Shown: positions 50,896 through 63,936, numbered from the stretch's first letter. The stretch is DNA of 64,000 bases from Octopus sinensis (GCF_006345805.1 NC_042999.1:80538001-80602000), one strand, 5' to 3'. Made by a program: numbers and translations. The notes: generated by a model not told the origin, from the letters alone.

Positions 50896-51769
50896 ACCTC
50901 CCCTCTCAAATACTTATCGGACACAGAATCTGTGTAGTTAACCAGCTGGAAGAGAGGTATTCCTGGGGCTATTAACGTCAGTAGCTCTGTCCTTTGTGGG
51001 ACGCAACGCTATATGTATGTATACATGTATGTATGTATATATAAGTGTGTGTATTTACATGTATGTATGTATGAGTGTATATGTATGTATACATGTATCT
51101 ATGTATGTAAGTATGTACGTTTATATATATATATACATACACACACCCACACACACCCAAACACACACACGTACACATAATTTTATGAAGGTAGAGTTCA
51201 CATAAACAGTTATTAGACGAAACGCATATATATCGGTGTGATAGATAGATAGATAGTGAAAGAAATAATGAAAAGAAAGAGGTGAATGACGAATGGGTGC
51301 TAAAGGAGATATGATCATGAATATCTGAATAACGGAATATTTCTACCAGAGAAGTGAATACAAACTTACAACAATGATATTTATTATATACTATTAATTT
51401 GGAATCCTTTTACCTTTCCCGTTTTGCAAATAATTACTCTTAATAGAGTGACGCGCTTCTAGATTTTGCCAACGTTCATAGATTTATTCAATAAAAGCCA
51501 CGGCTTTCATGTCAGAAAAACCTAACATAAATACATGTTTATATTATATGCACTTTCATTTAGGAATATGTAACATGTGAAGAAGCAAAATAATAAAAAC
51601 AAAGAACATGTTTTAAGTTTATCTTTGTTACACATCTTTTTTTATTTAATTATATTTGGTTGAAATAAATATTATGTAATTCATAACCTGGATTTTGGCC
51701 AAATGCGTCAATGTTAATATCATTTCGATGTTTGAAAAATGAAACTGCAGAGTCTCATAAATGATATTG

Positions 51770-51900
51770 CCGGCCACTTGTGGTTACTGAGTTGTATACA
51801 TTTATGTTTTGAGTTCAAAATGTTACTGAGATCGACTTGATTCTTTCATTGATTTCTTGTCAATGGAATAACTATCAATTCAGTAATGGTACCAAGCTAA
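51770..51900 (+). mobile_element. SINE group 3, degenerate fragment
   Basis: TTTATGTTTTGAGTTCAAAATGTTACTGAGATCGACTTGATTCTTTCAT resembles the group-3 core. Confidence 0.45.
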
Positions 51901-54025
51901 TTTACTTTACGTCTCTTAAAATGCGTTTAGATTTCTGCTTATGTTAGAAATCGATTGTTTACAATTAGGTGTTACATGCTAGCAATGGAACATCTTTGTG
52001 TTTTTCTCGACTAGTTAGAATAACGTTTTGAGCTTCCCCTACAAATAACACCTTACCTTCCTGAAAGAAAGAATAAAAGATGCATCATTTAATGTAAAAC
52101 TAGATATGGAATGTCTGACAGGAGAAATGTGTGTCTATGTATACTTGTCTATCATAAGATTGTTCAGTAAAACCTAATCTGGTGCTAGGGAACACCAATG
52201 TGAAACTTGCACTTCTTAATGACAATGGAATATCAGAAATGAAAATTTCATTGTGGCAATTTGTTGTGTCGATTTTTGGTTCTGAACCTCATTCCTGAGG
52301 GTCGAAAGCACTTCAAACTATTCGAGTGTTCCGTACGTCAAATGTAGTTCAATTTTCATGAATTACACAAAGAATCTGCCAAATTATGAAATTGATGGAA
52401 ATAGAGCGGACGTGCGTTATACTCTGACACAACAGGTCACTCCATTTGAAATCAGATTGGTGTATGTCTCATTTCTTAAATCTATACATAGGCATGATTT
52501 GATCCGCTTATTTTATTGTAATAAAGCGCGTACACGTACTTACTGCAATATTATCAAACTTTCAGAAACGTATCTATAAAGGTATCCATTAATATGCAAA
52601 TTAGTATTACCCAAGATTACTAATTTATTTTTAGATTTTTTTTTTGTCATAGCAAAATGAAAGCTTAAACGCTACACCGAAGATAGAAGGGAAAGTTTTA
52701 TATGTTGAATTTCATTACACTCTCGGTGTACTAAACCTCGAAATATAGATATATGAATGTGAAAGAAAAGTACTCAAAAGTACAGGTATTTAGTTTATAA
52801 CATCACTGGCATGACTATACTGAATATTTAATTGGGGCAATAGAAACGATTCTCAAAAGAGTCAAATGGCACGTTGTGATGGCTGGGAAATTATTCAAAC
52901 GTAGATTATGAACATGCCTATTCTGGAGCTTTCAATGATAATAAAGTTCAACTTCTGAAACGAGCACAGGAATAGACAGCCTTTTCATATACAACTTTTA
53001 CAACTATCACAAGTTATGGTAACATCTAGATGTTTTGTATGCAATCAATGCTTTGCACGTTGAAAATTTCTGATCTTCTAAGAAATAGCATTGTTTTCCC
53101 AATACACTTTGTTCAGTTATCGTCATTTTTCGTTATTTTTTTTCTGAATGTTTCAAATTCAAAAAGGAATTTATGGACACACTATTAGCCTAACATTAAT
53201 TTCATTCTCTTCGTGTATTATATTCAATATATTAGGAGACTGATAAAAATAGTGTTATAAATATCATGACTGTTGGAAACCATTAATACCATAGAAGATA
53301 TTTATATCGACAGAGAATCGAAAGCGAATCACGAAGTCGATCCGCTAGGTAGTTCGTGCGTAATATGATTCTGAGCCCGTTTCTGCTTGTATAAGAAAGC
53401 AATAACACTGTACTTATATAATGAAGACACTGTATGCATGGAATAACATAATCCTGTGTTTGGCGATGTATTAAACAAAGTATTGATTAAACGTACTGTG
53501 GAATTATGTAATAATAGCAAATTCTATTGATCCTGGGTACCGTCCATCTTTTATTGTTCTAAATTGCACAAACCATAATGTTGACACGACAATAATCAAC
53601 TTCTGATGTTTTCACACGAGATTTTGCGGTGGCAATATATCAATATTATGTGCAGTGGGATATCAAACAAATTTAACGTATTAAAATTCAGCGTCAGTAG
53701 AATTGATTTAATCTTCACGACTGTATGGTGTGTTGTGTTGCTCTAGTATTGCACACGGGTAACAATCGAGTGTTGAATAATCTATTGTGAAAATAGATTC
53801 GTTCTGTGGGAACAGAAAAATATTTGGAACATATGTTCATTTGGATATAAGAATAAATATTTTTGAAGAATTTATAGTCGGAGCTGTAGAATGTTAATGA
53901 CAAAATATTTACAATTAAAGAAATGATGACGAGATTGATAACTTTATCACAGATTATGGAGGCTTGATAGATGTATTTAAAGCAGAAATAGATATTCGAA
54001 TTCAATAAGATATACCATTGAATGC

Positions 54026-54056
<31 letters not shown>

Positions 54057-54551
54057 GACAAAGAACGAAAGCGTTACTTTCTTAAAATTGGGTATATTTT
54101 AATTTTCCTTTATATAGATACATTGAAACAAGAATATTTTGGTCTTGTTTTACATATTTCGGGTTTTGAAAAACATTATCAAAAATATGTACTAAAAGGA
54201 ATATGTAGAGAGAAAGATATTAATAAAATTAAATTAAAATTGAGACTAACATTCATACTTTACTTACCGTTTTTCTGCAAGAGCACGTGGTAATTTCTGT
54301 TAATTTTCGTGGCATGTCAAGTTGAACAAAGTAGCATTTTCGCTCCTTTTTTTCATACATATCTACTTACTCGTGTGTTAGCTCTACACATTTTTAAATA
54401 TATATATATATATTTATATATAAATGCATCTGTGTGTGTCTCTGGATATGATCGTAAAGGAAGTCAGTAATAGAGTAAAATAGTTTTAGCCGCACCATAG
54501 TAAACAATCTATTACACACACACACACGCACTCACACACACACACATACAC

Positions 54552-54600
<49 letters not shown>

Positions 54601-54624
54601 GAATTGTGTGTGTGTGTCTAAACC

Positions 54625-55025
54625 TCACTTCCAGTATAGGCACAAGTGCCTGAAATCTTTAGTCTAGTCGATTACAGTGACTGGATTACAGTGCTATTTA
54701 TTTTATCAACCCCGAAAGCGAGAAATGTAATTTCAACCGCAGCAGAATTTGAATTCAGAAAGTAAAGATGGACAACATGCTACTAGGACTCTGTCTGGCG
54801 CACCAAGGATTCTGCTAGCTCACTGCCTTCGATGCCTGTTTTATAATCCTTTCTACTAAAGGTAAAACGCTTAGGTGTTAGTGGAAGAGGGCTAGTTGAA
54901 TACATCGACCCCGGTGTTTGAATGGTACTTAATCTATCGACCCTGAAAAGGTAAAAGGCTAAGTCGACCTCAGCGGAATTTGAACACAGAACGTCCAGCG
55001 TCCTAACAATTCTGCCACATCACCG
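54625..55025 (-). mobile_element. Two tandem SINE group 3 copies (about 54625-54830 and 54850-55025)
   Basis: Each contains ATCAACCCCGAAAG/ATCGACCCTGAAAAG...GCAGAATTTGAA/GCGGAATTTGAAC, the reverse of the group-3 core. Confidence 0.75.
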
Positions 55026-55499
55026 CTTTACTTCTGTTTAAAAATGAGCCATGAAATGTTGATTTTTCAATTCTGAAGACTTTCGATTTGGGTATTGGCG
55101 AAAAATAATAAAAGAGAGTTCCAGAGACAGTTAACGTTAAAGTTTGATGAATGAATGTACATACGAGGCTGGTTGGCAGGCAATGTGTAAAAGAACGTAA
55201 CACACGCGCTGCAAAAGAGAAAGAACCATAGTGGCAGACGAGCAGGTTTCTCTTGATAAAATTTAGAAATTAAATAACTTGGTACAATTATACAAATGTG
55301 ATTTGTTTGATATGATTATAGTTTAAGATAATGGATTATTTTTCTTTTGAAATTTAACATTAATTTCCTCGTTATTTTGTTTAAAACACCAAGGAGTTTG
55401 ATAAAATATACTTTCAAATGAACCTGTCAAAGAGGGTCAACACTCTAGCATTTTTATGTGTCATAGTTTCTATCAATTTCACGATATATATTTATGAAA

Positions 55500-55594
55500 T
55501 GATAATAATAATAATATTGATAGTAATGAGGATAATTATGATGATGATGATGATGATGATGATAATAATAATAGTAATAGTAATAATAGTAATC

Positions 55595-55640
<46 letters not shown>

Positions 55641-56138
55641 TAATACTAACACATCCATTTTAAAGATTTTTTGATACGTTTCTAAAAGAAGATATATTAT
55701 TTATATAAATACGTTCATATACTCATATTGGCACAAAGTGTGCGTACGTGCACAGGTGTGTGTATCTGTGTGTATTCGCGCATACGGAGGCATGCGCGCG
55801 TGTGTGACTATAGAGACGAGTATTAGTTTCTTCAAAACATGTGATATTATAGAGTTTGGTATGCATTGTGCTGTTGGTGATAAAGTTTTAGCGAATTGTT
55901 TGTGAAAATAATATTCGTTGCCACTCGTAATCTATTGTCCTATACACTCTAGAAATATCAATTTCCATCTCCCTCAAGTCATACGAAATTATGAAGTATT
56001 GACGGATGTCTCTTATCAAGATGTTTGAAAAAAAATTCTGTTTCTCTTACTGCTTTATGATTATGACGATGCTTTATGTTGGGGAGAGCGATGGCATCGA
56101 TGTTGGGTATGGTGATGAATATTTTTATGGTGATTAAT

Positions 56139-56173
<35 letters not shown>

Positions 56174-56906
56174 GATGATGATAGTGATGAAGACGCTTAA
56201 GGTGAGCATGAATTTAAATATGATGATGATGATGATAGTGGTGGTAGTAATGATGATGATGATGTTGATGACGATGACAAAAACAATGACAATGAGGATG
56301 ACGACGAGGACGATGACAACGAGAATGACGATGACATTGATGGTGTTTGCGAACATAATGGTGATGGTAATGATGATGGAAATCGTGTTGATGACGATGA
56401 TGATGATGATGATGGCTATGATGATGGCTTTGAAAAGTGTCACCTCTGAAAGATTTGCTTTGATTTTCAGTTTTCAAAGTCTAACATTTTGTTCGTAACA
56501 TTTTTTTTGTTAAATCTGTAGAAAATCGACATATGTTTTGTAGTTCCTTGAAATCCTTCCAAACAAATAAAAATAAATAATTGACATTAAAAAAATATAT
56601 AAAGAAAAATTGTCACATCATACTCACTTTTGAAAAGAAAAGAAAAGTGAAAGAAAAATAACACAAACTGAATGGATACAAGAAATTAAAATAAAGAACG
56701 GGAAAACAAGAAAAATTAAATCGAAAATTCAAAAAAATTATGTTTCAAAAATATAATTCTTCAGGAAGAATTAACGTTAGAATATGATTTGAGGAGGGTC
56801 ACTTCAGTGTGAGTTCTTTGACAACATGAAGCTAAAGTAAAACAACAAGAAAAACAACAATAATAATAATAATAATGATGATGATGATGATGATGTGATG
56901 ATGATG

Positions 56907-56972
<66 letters not shown>

Positions 56973-57000
56973 GTAATAATAATAAACGATGTTGATTATG
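55500..57000. repeat. Region of (ATA)n/(ATG)n trinucleotide arrays (about 55500-55640, 56060-56420, 56860-57000)
   Basis: Directly visible; source of the poly-M, poly-I and poly-H pseudo-ORFs. Confidence 0.9.
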
Positions 57001-57487
57001 GTCATGGTGATAACGACACCAACAACAATAGATTTAAAAATTAAAAACAAATTTAACAACAAAAATGATAATAGTAATAATATTTGTTAACTTTTATTGC
57101 CACCGGGCCCATCTATACATAGGAAGCATGTTACAAAAAGATGTAGCAAAGCACAAATGCAGTTATATAGAAGTGAAGTGCGAGACAAGGATATACACAC
57201 ACAAACACCAACACACATATGTATACACACAGGAGATAAACAATTGATTATAAGAAATAGGATACATAGCAGCCAAACATAGATGGGTGTTTAATAATGG
57301 TGTATGAATCTACGTGGTAACATGCGCGGTGCTACTCTATAACATAGTGAACAAATGTCTTCTGCTCAGGATGAAAAAAACATTATAAGTATCATATACA
57401 CGAACACACATAAACACCCACACCCACTCACATATGTATGTACATATATTATTGATATATGTATATATATATATATATATGCATATG

Positions 57488-57542
<55 letters not shown>

Positions 57543-57550
57543 GTATATGT

Positions 57551-57606
<56 letters not shown>

Positions 57607-57636
57607 ATAATATATGTACATACATATGTGGGTGTG

Positions 57637-57676
<40 letters not shown>

Positions 57677-57697
57677 CATATATATATATATATATGC

Positions 57698-57736
<39 letters not shown>

Positions 57737-57737
<1 letters not shown>

Positions 57738-58128
57738 TAGCAGTATCGCCCGGCGTTGCTCGGGTTTGTAAGGGAAATAACTATATAAGCATTTTTAGAG
57801 AGTTATAGCCAAAAAATAGCAAAAAATGCATTAAAAATGGAAAAAATGATGGTAAACTTTTTTTTTAAATCGTTGACTCATCGTAGACATTTTTAGAGAG
57901 TCACTTCCCTTATATAATAGCGAAGAAATGCATTAAAATGGAAAAAATTATGGTAATTTTAAAAAATCTTAGACTCATCGTAGACGCGCGCTAATACCCA
58001 GAAGGGCTCGATATGAATCACGACTATAAGATACCCGGTTTTGGATAAACTGCACCGCAAAATGTGGGAGTAGTTAGGAATCTAAATCGTAGGAGACAGA
58101 CACACAACCTCTCTTTTATATATAAAGA
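57737..58128 (-). mobile_element. Non-autonomous Helitron with intact termini
   Basis: The minus strand starts TC (TCTTTATATATAAAAG) and ends CCCGAGCAACGCCGGG hairpin-CGATACTG-CTAG. It lies between A and T within (TA)n. Confidence 0.85.
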
Positions 58129-58185
58129 TATATATATATATATTTATATGTATACATACATATATACATATATATATATTATATA

Positions 58186-58267
<82 letters not shown>

Positions 58268-58375
58268 ATATATAACACATATATATATATACATATAAAA
58301 CAGATGACAATCGATTAATAACGTTTGTTAATCAATTATTGATCGATTATCGTCTGCTTTGTTTTATTTTTACAG

Positions 58376-58403
58376 CTGTGTCTGTGCTTGGAGCCAAAGG
58401 ACT
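58376..58403 (+). CDS. Candidate 28-nt exon
   Basis: ctttgttttatttttacag|CTGTGTCTGTGCTTGGAGCCAAAGGACT|gtatgt. Phase 1 to 2 gives (A)VSVLGAKG(L). Confidence 0.4.
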
Positions 58404-58641
58404 GTATGTGCCACGACTGTTTGGGATCTCAATACTACATTGTATATGCACATACATACATAACAAAATTCACACACACACACAGACACACACATGTCTT
58501 CTAATATTGCATTTCGCCAGCATCATATTGCTAAACAGTGATCTTTAAGGATCAATGTCGCAACCTTTTTTACGTAACCATGGTCGAAGAAAATGGCATC
58601 TGCAAGCTATTCTTGCATATGAAAACCCGTTAATCTTTTAG

Positions 58642-58676
58642 AAAACCAGTACAAGATTTCCCCATTTCTCGTTTCA
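58642..58676 (+). CDS. Candidate 35-nt exon
   Basis: ttaatcttttag|...CGTTTCA|gtaagt. All three frames are open; phase 2 to 1 gives KPVQDFPISRF. Confidence 0.35.
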
Positions 58677-58740
58677 GTAAGTATTTTTCTCTTCCTTGTG
58701 CTGTCATATCTCTGATGTGTTTGTCCTTTTCCCTTCCCAG

Positions 58741-58749
58741 CCACGTTAG
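58741..58749 (+). other. Candidate 9-nt microexon CCACGTTAG
   Basis: gtccttttcccttcccag|CCACGTTAG|gtaatt, flanked by two 64-nt GT-AG introns. Confidence 0.45.
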
Positions 58750-58813
58750 GTAATTCTGTGTGTTAAAGTGCAAATATTTCTTTGTGGCTAATGTTTACTT
58801 TTCTCTGTTTCAG

Positions 58814-58954
58814 ATTTTCGGATTCACTTCATGTAATGCTTCATAGTTGGAGCCTCTGCATATGTCAACTGAATGGATTCTCACTTTACAAATATAGATT
58901 TTTATTGTGCTACCTTACAAAAATCTTATTCAAAAAGTATATCATGAGTTCATT
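58814..58954 (+). other. Candidate 141-nt exon (coding status unclear)
   Basis: Branch-like GGCTAAT plus ttacttttctctgtttcag acceptor, and donor CATT|gtgagt. One frame is fully open; the phase-1 frame stops after DFRIHFM. Confidence 0.4.
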
Positions 58955-59679
58955 GTGAGTATGTCTTAGATGCAAACATTTAGATTTCACTTCGATACAA
59001 ACAAATCATTGCGGAACGCGAAAGCAAATATACACTATTTCTAGTTATTATTCCATGCAATATAAAAATTATGTAACACATACGCGCATACATACATGTA
59101 CACAGACTGAACTCAAAAACGAAACAAAACGAAAGAATCCCTTTAATACAAATACAGCGGGAAACTATTAAAAGTCGGGCTTCGTACTGTGAGACTTCTG
59201 TCACCGCTACACAAAGAGAGTTGGTAACGCAATTCCCAGACATTGAATATTCTGAAATTGAATATCCTGTCTTTAAATCTAAACTTTCAAAGTAAAAGCA
59301 GTAATAAAATACAATGCTGGACTAATTTAAAACGCACTGAAGTTATACATGTATTCTGCGGAGAACATCTATACCCGAAACTCACAAACACTATAAAGAT
59401 GCATATGTGCTATTGAGACAATAAAACGCGATATCATTTAATGCTCTCATAAGGTTCATAGCAAGAAAGCCAAAATCCAATATCAATAAGAAAATATAAC
59501 ATATCACACAGAAAATATATCTCACAATTTATAGAAGAGTTTGATCTACTACATGCCAATAAAATTGCAAGAGAATCTACCACATACAACAGGCATATAG
59601 CATTTTGTATGAGCTAGATATAAAATAGACAACAGAAACAGACAAACTTATAATAAATGAGAAGCTTAAAATACAATTG

Positions 59680-59990
59680 AACTGATCATGCAAAGAACAA
59701 TCAAAGTTAAACCTCAACACACAACATTGCAGATGAAACAGAGGGAATACTGAAAAGGAGACTAACTTAAAGGAAAAAACATCGATAAGTCAATGAAAAA
59801 GGATCGGTGTGAATAACAGAGCAAATATCAGGCCACAAAAACAATAGGCAAGTGTAAGAGAGCCTGCATAGAGAGAAAAAATAAAACATGCACGACAGAT
59901 ATCGAGAGCTTATTTGATCCGATCTAATCCACAACTGATTTACTAGCGAGGAAAGAACCCAACAGTATGCGAATATAGATAGATAACCGA
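59680..59990 (+). mobile_element. Possible RTE LINE 3' relic
   Basis: Weak similarity only: MKKDRCE..TIGKCKRA..DIESL (compare LE.L..TGK..G.R.RGRQR..SL). Followed by (GAT)n. Confidence 0.3.
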
Positions 59991-60029
59991 ACATTGTTAC
60001 TTCGCATGCAATGATGAAGGCATTCAGTA

Positions 60030-60031
60030 TC

Positions 60032-60075
<44 letters not shown>

Positions 60076-60897
60076 GTGATGACAATAAGAACGACAACGA
60101 CAATCATAAGGAAATGAACGATGAGGTTGATGCCACCGATCATGAAGTAGATGATGGTGATGACGACGACGACGACGACGACAACGACGATGATGATGAT
60201 GATGATGATGATGAGGAGGAGGAGGAGGAGGATGAGGATGATGATGATGATGATGGTGATAATGATGGTGATGATAATGATATTTCTAATGGCGCAAATT
60301 AATATTGCAAAAAGATATCAGGTAACCGAAATGAACGCTTTAACAATGATATGAGAAATAACATTTCTCAAATACAATGGGAATATGTCTTCAAGCAAAC
60401 CATGTTTGGCAGAGAGCTCAGCAAGCAGGTAGTTTGGTTTATTTGGTCCTTATTGAGTTCTCCTATAAAATGTATTGTTCTTATTCTGTGTACCTTGCTT
60501 TGTAATGTTTGTCAGATATCATTTGTAATACACACATTCTTGCACATATCAATACACAACAAAAGCAATAAGAATAGTACAAGCAATATAAATAATATCG
60601 AAAATTAATGTAAAACATCGTGTATCCAAGAGATGATAATGTTCAGCAAGGAATCTAATGCAGATCAAATAGATTTTATATAAACTGCGCATCAATGGTT
60701 TTTCTCTCTATCTCTTTGAAACCAGAAAGAAGTAAATATGCTGAACAAATTATGTGTATAAAAAAAAGCAGTCCAATAGAGGAAGATAAAGAAGTATGGA
60801 CGCAGAGACATAGAGAGAACAGAGACAGAGATGTGAAGAGATCTATAGCAACAACAACAGCAATACCACTACCAGTAATAATAATAATAATATAATA

Positions 60898-60985
<88 letters not shown>
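60030..60985. repeat. (GAT)n/(GAC)n/(GAG)n array (60030-60290) and (ATA)n array (60880-60985)
   Basis: Directly visible. Confidence 0.9.
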
Positions 60986-61299
60986 TCTATGTTTATTATT
61001 GTCATCGTTTTTCATTCATATACAGATTTTCAAAATTATATGGATAAAAGTAAAAACAACATCTGAAGAATGAAAGGGTAAACATTTATACAAAATTCGG
61101 TAACGTCTTGAAATTTTATTTAAACTTCCATAAAATAATTAAACGAAAAGGCCCCGCTTACCACTTACACGTCGATGACGTTGATAACCGCTTTTTGTCA
61201 TGTATCTAATGATACAAACATTTGGGCACCACTAAACCCGAACTGTAATTGAAGCAAAAGGGGTTTCAGATGCCTTATATACTACGAAATATGGGGGGG

Positions 61300-61460
61300 T
61301 GGCAGGAAGCTAGTCGACTACATCGTACACAGTTCTCACCAGGTACTTATTCTATTGACTATGGAAGGGTGAAAGGCTGTCACCCCTGGCAGTATTTGAA
61401 TTCAGAACGTAGAAACAGAAGAAATGCCGCTAAGTTTTTTTCCTGGATTGCTAACTAATC
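61300..61460 (-). mobile_element. SINE group 3, degenerate
   Basis: AGTCGACTACATCG...GGTACTTATTCTATTGAC...GTATTTGAATTCAGAACGTAG...CCGCTAAG. Confidence 0.65.
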
Positions 61461-62100
61461 TGCTTTCCGTGTTATACAACGTACAACCTCTTTGACCATA
61501 GACACCAAGCAGAGGAAAGCTACTTGTTCGTCCTGGCTAAAGGTAGGTGGCGTGGTGGCTTTCACAATGGAGTTGGCTATTAACCGGATCCATCTTACAG
61601 GTGATAGTGAGTTTGCACTCAACTCCAGAGGACAGCAATATTCTAGGAACGTAAGTGTGCGCTGAAGATAAGTGCACCCCTCTGTGTATATCTGAGGCAC
61701 ACCAAGCTGACAGTACTAGCATGACTGTACAGTTTATTCTGGACCAGCAATGTCCCCTTGTAGCACTGCCAGGTCAAGGGTTTCTGGAAATTAACCGTAG
61801 AATCTAAACCGATGGTCCCCTGGAATAGACAGCTAGTTGATTCTAGTCAGCACACAGAATCTCACTCCGACTGTCCTCGCACTTTCTCTAATCTCCTACA
61901 ATACTAATATCCTTTAATACATAATAGTGGAGCTTCCACTGACCAGAATGCCAGGGTTGACAGCGGGCTGTGACGATCTGATTACTGTGCGTCCTGCCTG
62001 ACTCTCCGTTTCATCCAGAACTGCAGCTCGGTTAAGGAGACGTGCTATCAAACGGCGATAACAGCTACTCACCGTTAAGTTAGCGCTGGAGGTCTGTTTC
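61460..62100 (-). mobile_element. Possible highly decayed non-LTR RT
   Basis: GC-richer block with AVLQGDIAGP (compare GVLQGDTLAP) and QVAFLCLVSMV (compare V.DF.YLGSW). Confidence 0.35.
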
Positions 62101-62399
62101 TAAGGTTCTCTTTACTGAATGATATTTTGTAATTTCTTGGCAAAGTTATAGAAACTCTAGTCTACGAGGATATAGCTATATATCATTCCTCTTAACTGAA
62201 CTCTAGAACGAGTAATCGATGCTCCCGAACTAAACGAGAGTATTACAAAGTAGGTTCAGAATTTAAAGTATTGCATTTTGCCGTAACTTTTGAGTGCTTT
62301 CTTTCCTGTAAATCTAAAACAAGTCTATGATGCCCAATACGAACACGTTGTTACTATATAGCAACCAACACAACTGGTAGCAGAATTCGTGAGAATGTT

Positions 62400-62995
62400 T
62401 TTCAGAAAATATGGCAACTGAAATTGGATGAAAATTTTGACACAAAGGGATAAATCCATCACATCGACCCTAATTTTCAAGTGTACTTATTTCGACACCC
62501 GAAACGATGAAAGCAATATCAACTTAGGTGGAATTTGATGTCACAACGTAAGACACACAACATGCCACTAAGAATTCTTCTCGGCATGCTAACAATTCTT
62601 TTCTATTCTAGGTACAAGGTCCGCAATTTTGGGGGAAGGGGCCAGTCATTTAGATCGACCCCAGTACGCAACTGGTACTTAATCTATCAACCCCGAAAGA
62701 ATGAAAACAATGTCGCCCTCGGCGGAATTTGAACTCAGAATGTAAAGACAGACAAAATACCTATTTTTATTACTACCCACAGGGGGCTAAACATAGAGAG
62801 GACAAACAAGGACAGATAAAGGGATCAAGTCGATCATATCTACCCCAGTGCGTAACTGGTACGCATTTAATCGACCCCAAAAGGATGAAAGGCAAAGTCG
62901 ACCTCGGCGGAATTTGAACTCAGAATGTAACGGCAGGCGAAATACCGCTAAGCATTACGCTCAGCATGCTAACGTATCTGCAAGCTCGCCGTCTT
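62400..62995 (-). mobile_element. Cluster of three SINE group 3 copies (about 62400-62530, 62590-62750, 62790-62995)
   Basis: Repeated ATCGACCCCAGT...AACTGGTAC...TCGGCGGAATTTGAACTCAGAATGTAA. Confidence 0.8.
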
Positions 62996-63869
62996 ACATC
63001 TAGCAACTGATTTTTCACTCAATAAATGCACAAGCAATGTATCCGGATAAAAACCTAATGCTGGTTTTAGTTGACAAGAGCTGTTTGAACAAATCACTCT
63101 TCAGTCAGACCATCAAAGCGACGGGAACTGAGGAAGCGATATAGACCCCAAAATCCTTTAAACTGTGAACAGCACAAACTGTTTTAATATTGACTATTAA
63201 ATCATTAATAATATATTATATAACTATCAGTATTATCACTTAATGTCGTCAAGAATGAAATACAGATGATGATGATGATGATGATGACGACGACGACGGT
63301 GACGTTGGTGGTGCTGAAGGTCGCTGTCATGAGAAGTGGGAGGAAGTTACGTGGAGAGGGAGGAGTAAAGAAGACAAAGCAACGCAATACTCTATATGTA
63401 GACAAAAAACGAAAGCAAAAACAATAGCATCATCATCATCAGCAGCAGCAGTAGCAGCAGCGGCGATAGTAGCAGCGAGTTTAACAAAAGGAAATAACAA
63501 AAATAAGATAATTGTAAGGAAGAATGTATATGAAATATTTATAATTATAAATGTGAAATGCACTAAATGCTTTTAAAGCAAAACAATCTTCATTTCCAGA
63601 CTAAATATGATTGTATACAAATAATACCTCATTTCAGATGAACATTTTTGCTATTCACTTCTCTGTTAGTACATTTGTCAAAATTCGTCTTTTGTTAATG
63701 CTTTTCCAATAGTTATTTATATTTCATTTTGGAAGTCATTCATTAAAGGCAACAAAGAAATATGAGACTGACCGAAAGTGTTATTTGTAACTTGTTTATG
63801 CATACAAATACACTAACTCACTCACTGACACAAAGCGCACGCAGACATATGCACACATATTTACATCTC

Positions 63870-63876
63870 TCTTTCA

Positions 63877-63936
<60 letters not shown>

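Noticed and set aside
55979-57808. Long ORFs of poly-I/M/H/Y and YIYI, and similar YLSI and VCVC ORFs elsewhere
   Set aside because: These are stop-free translations of microsatellites.
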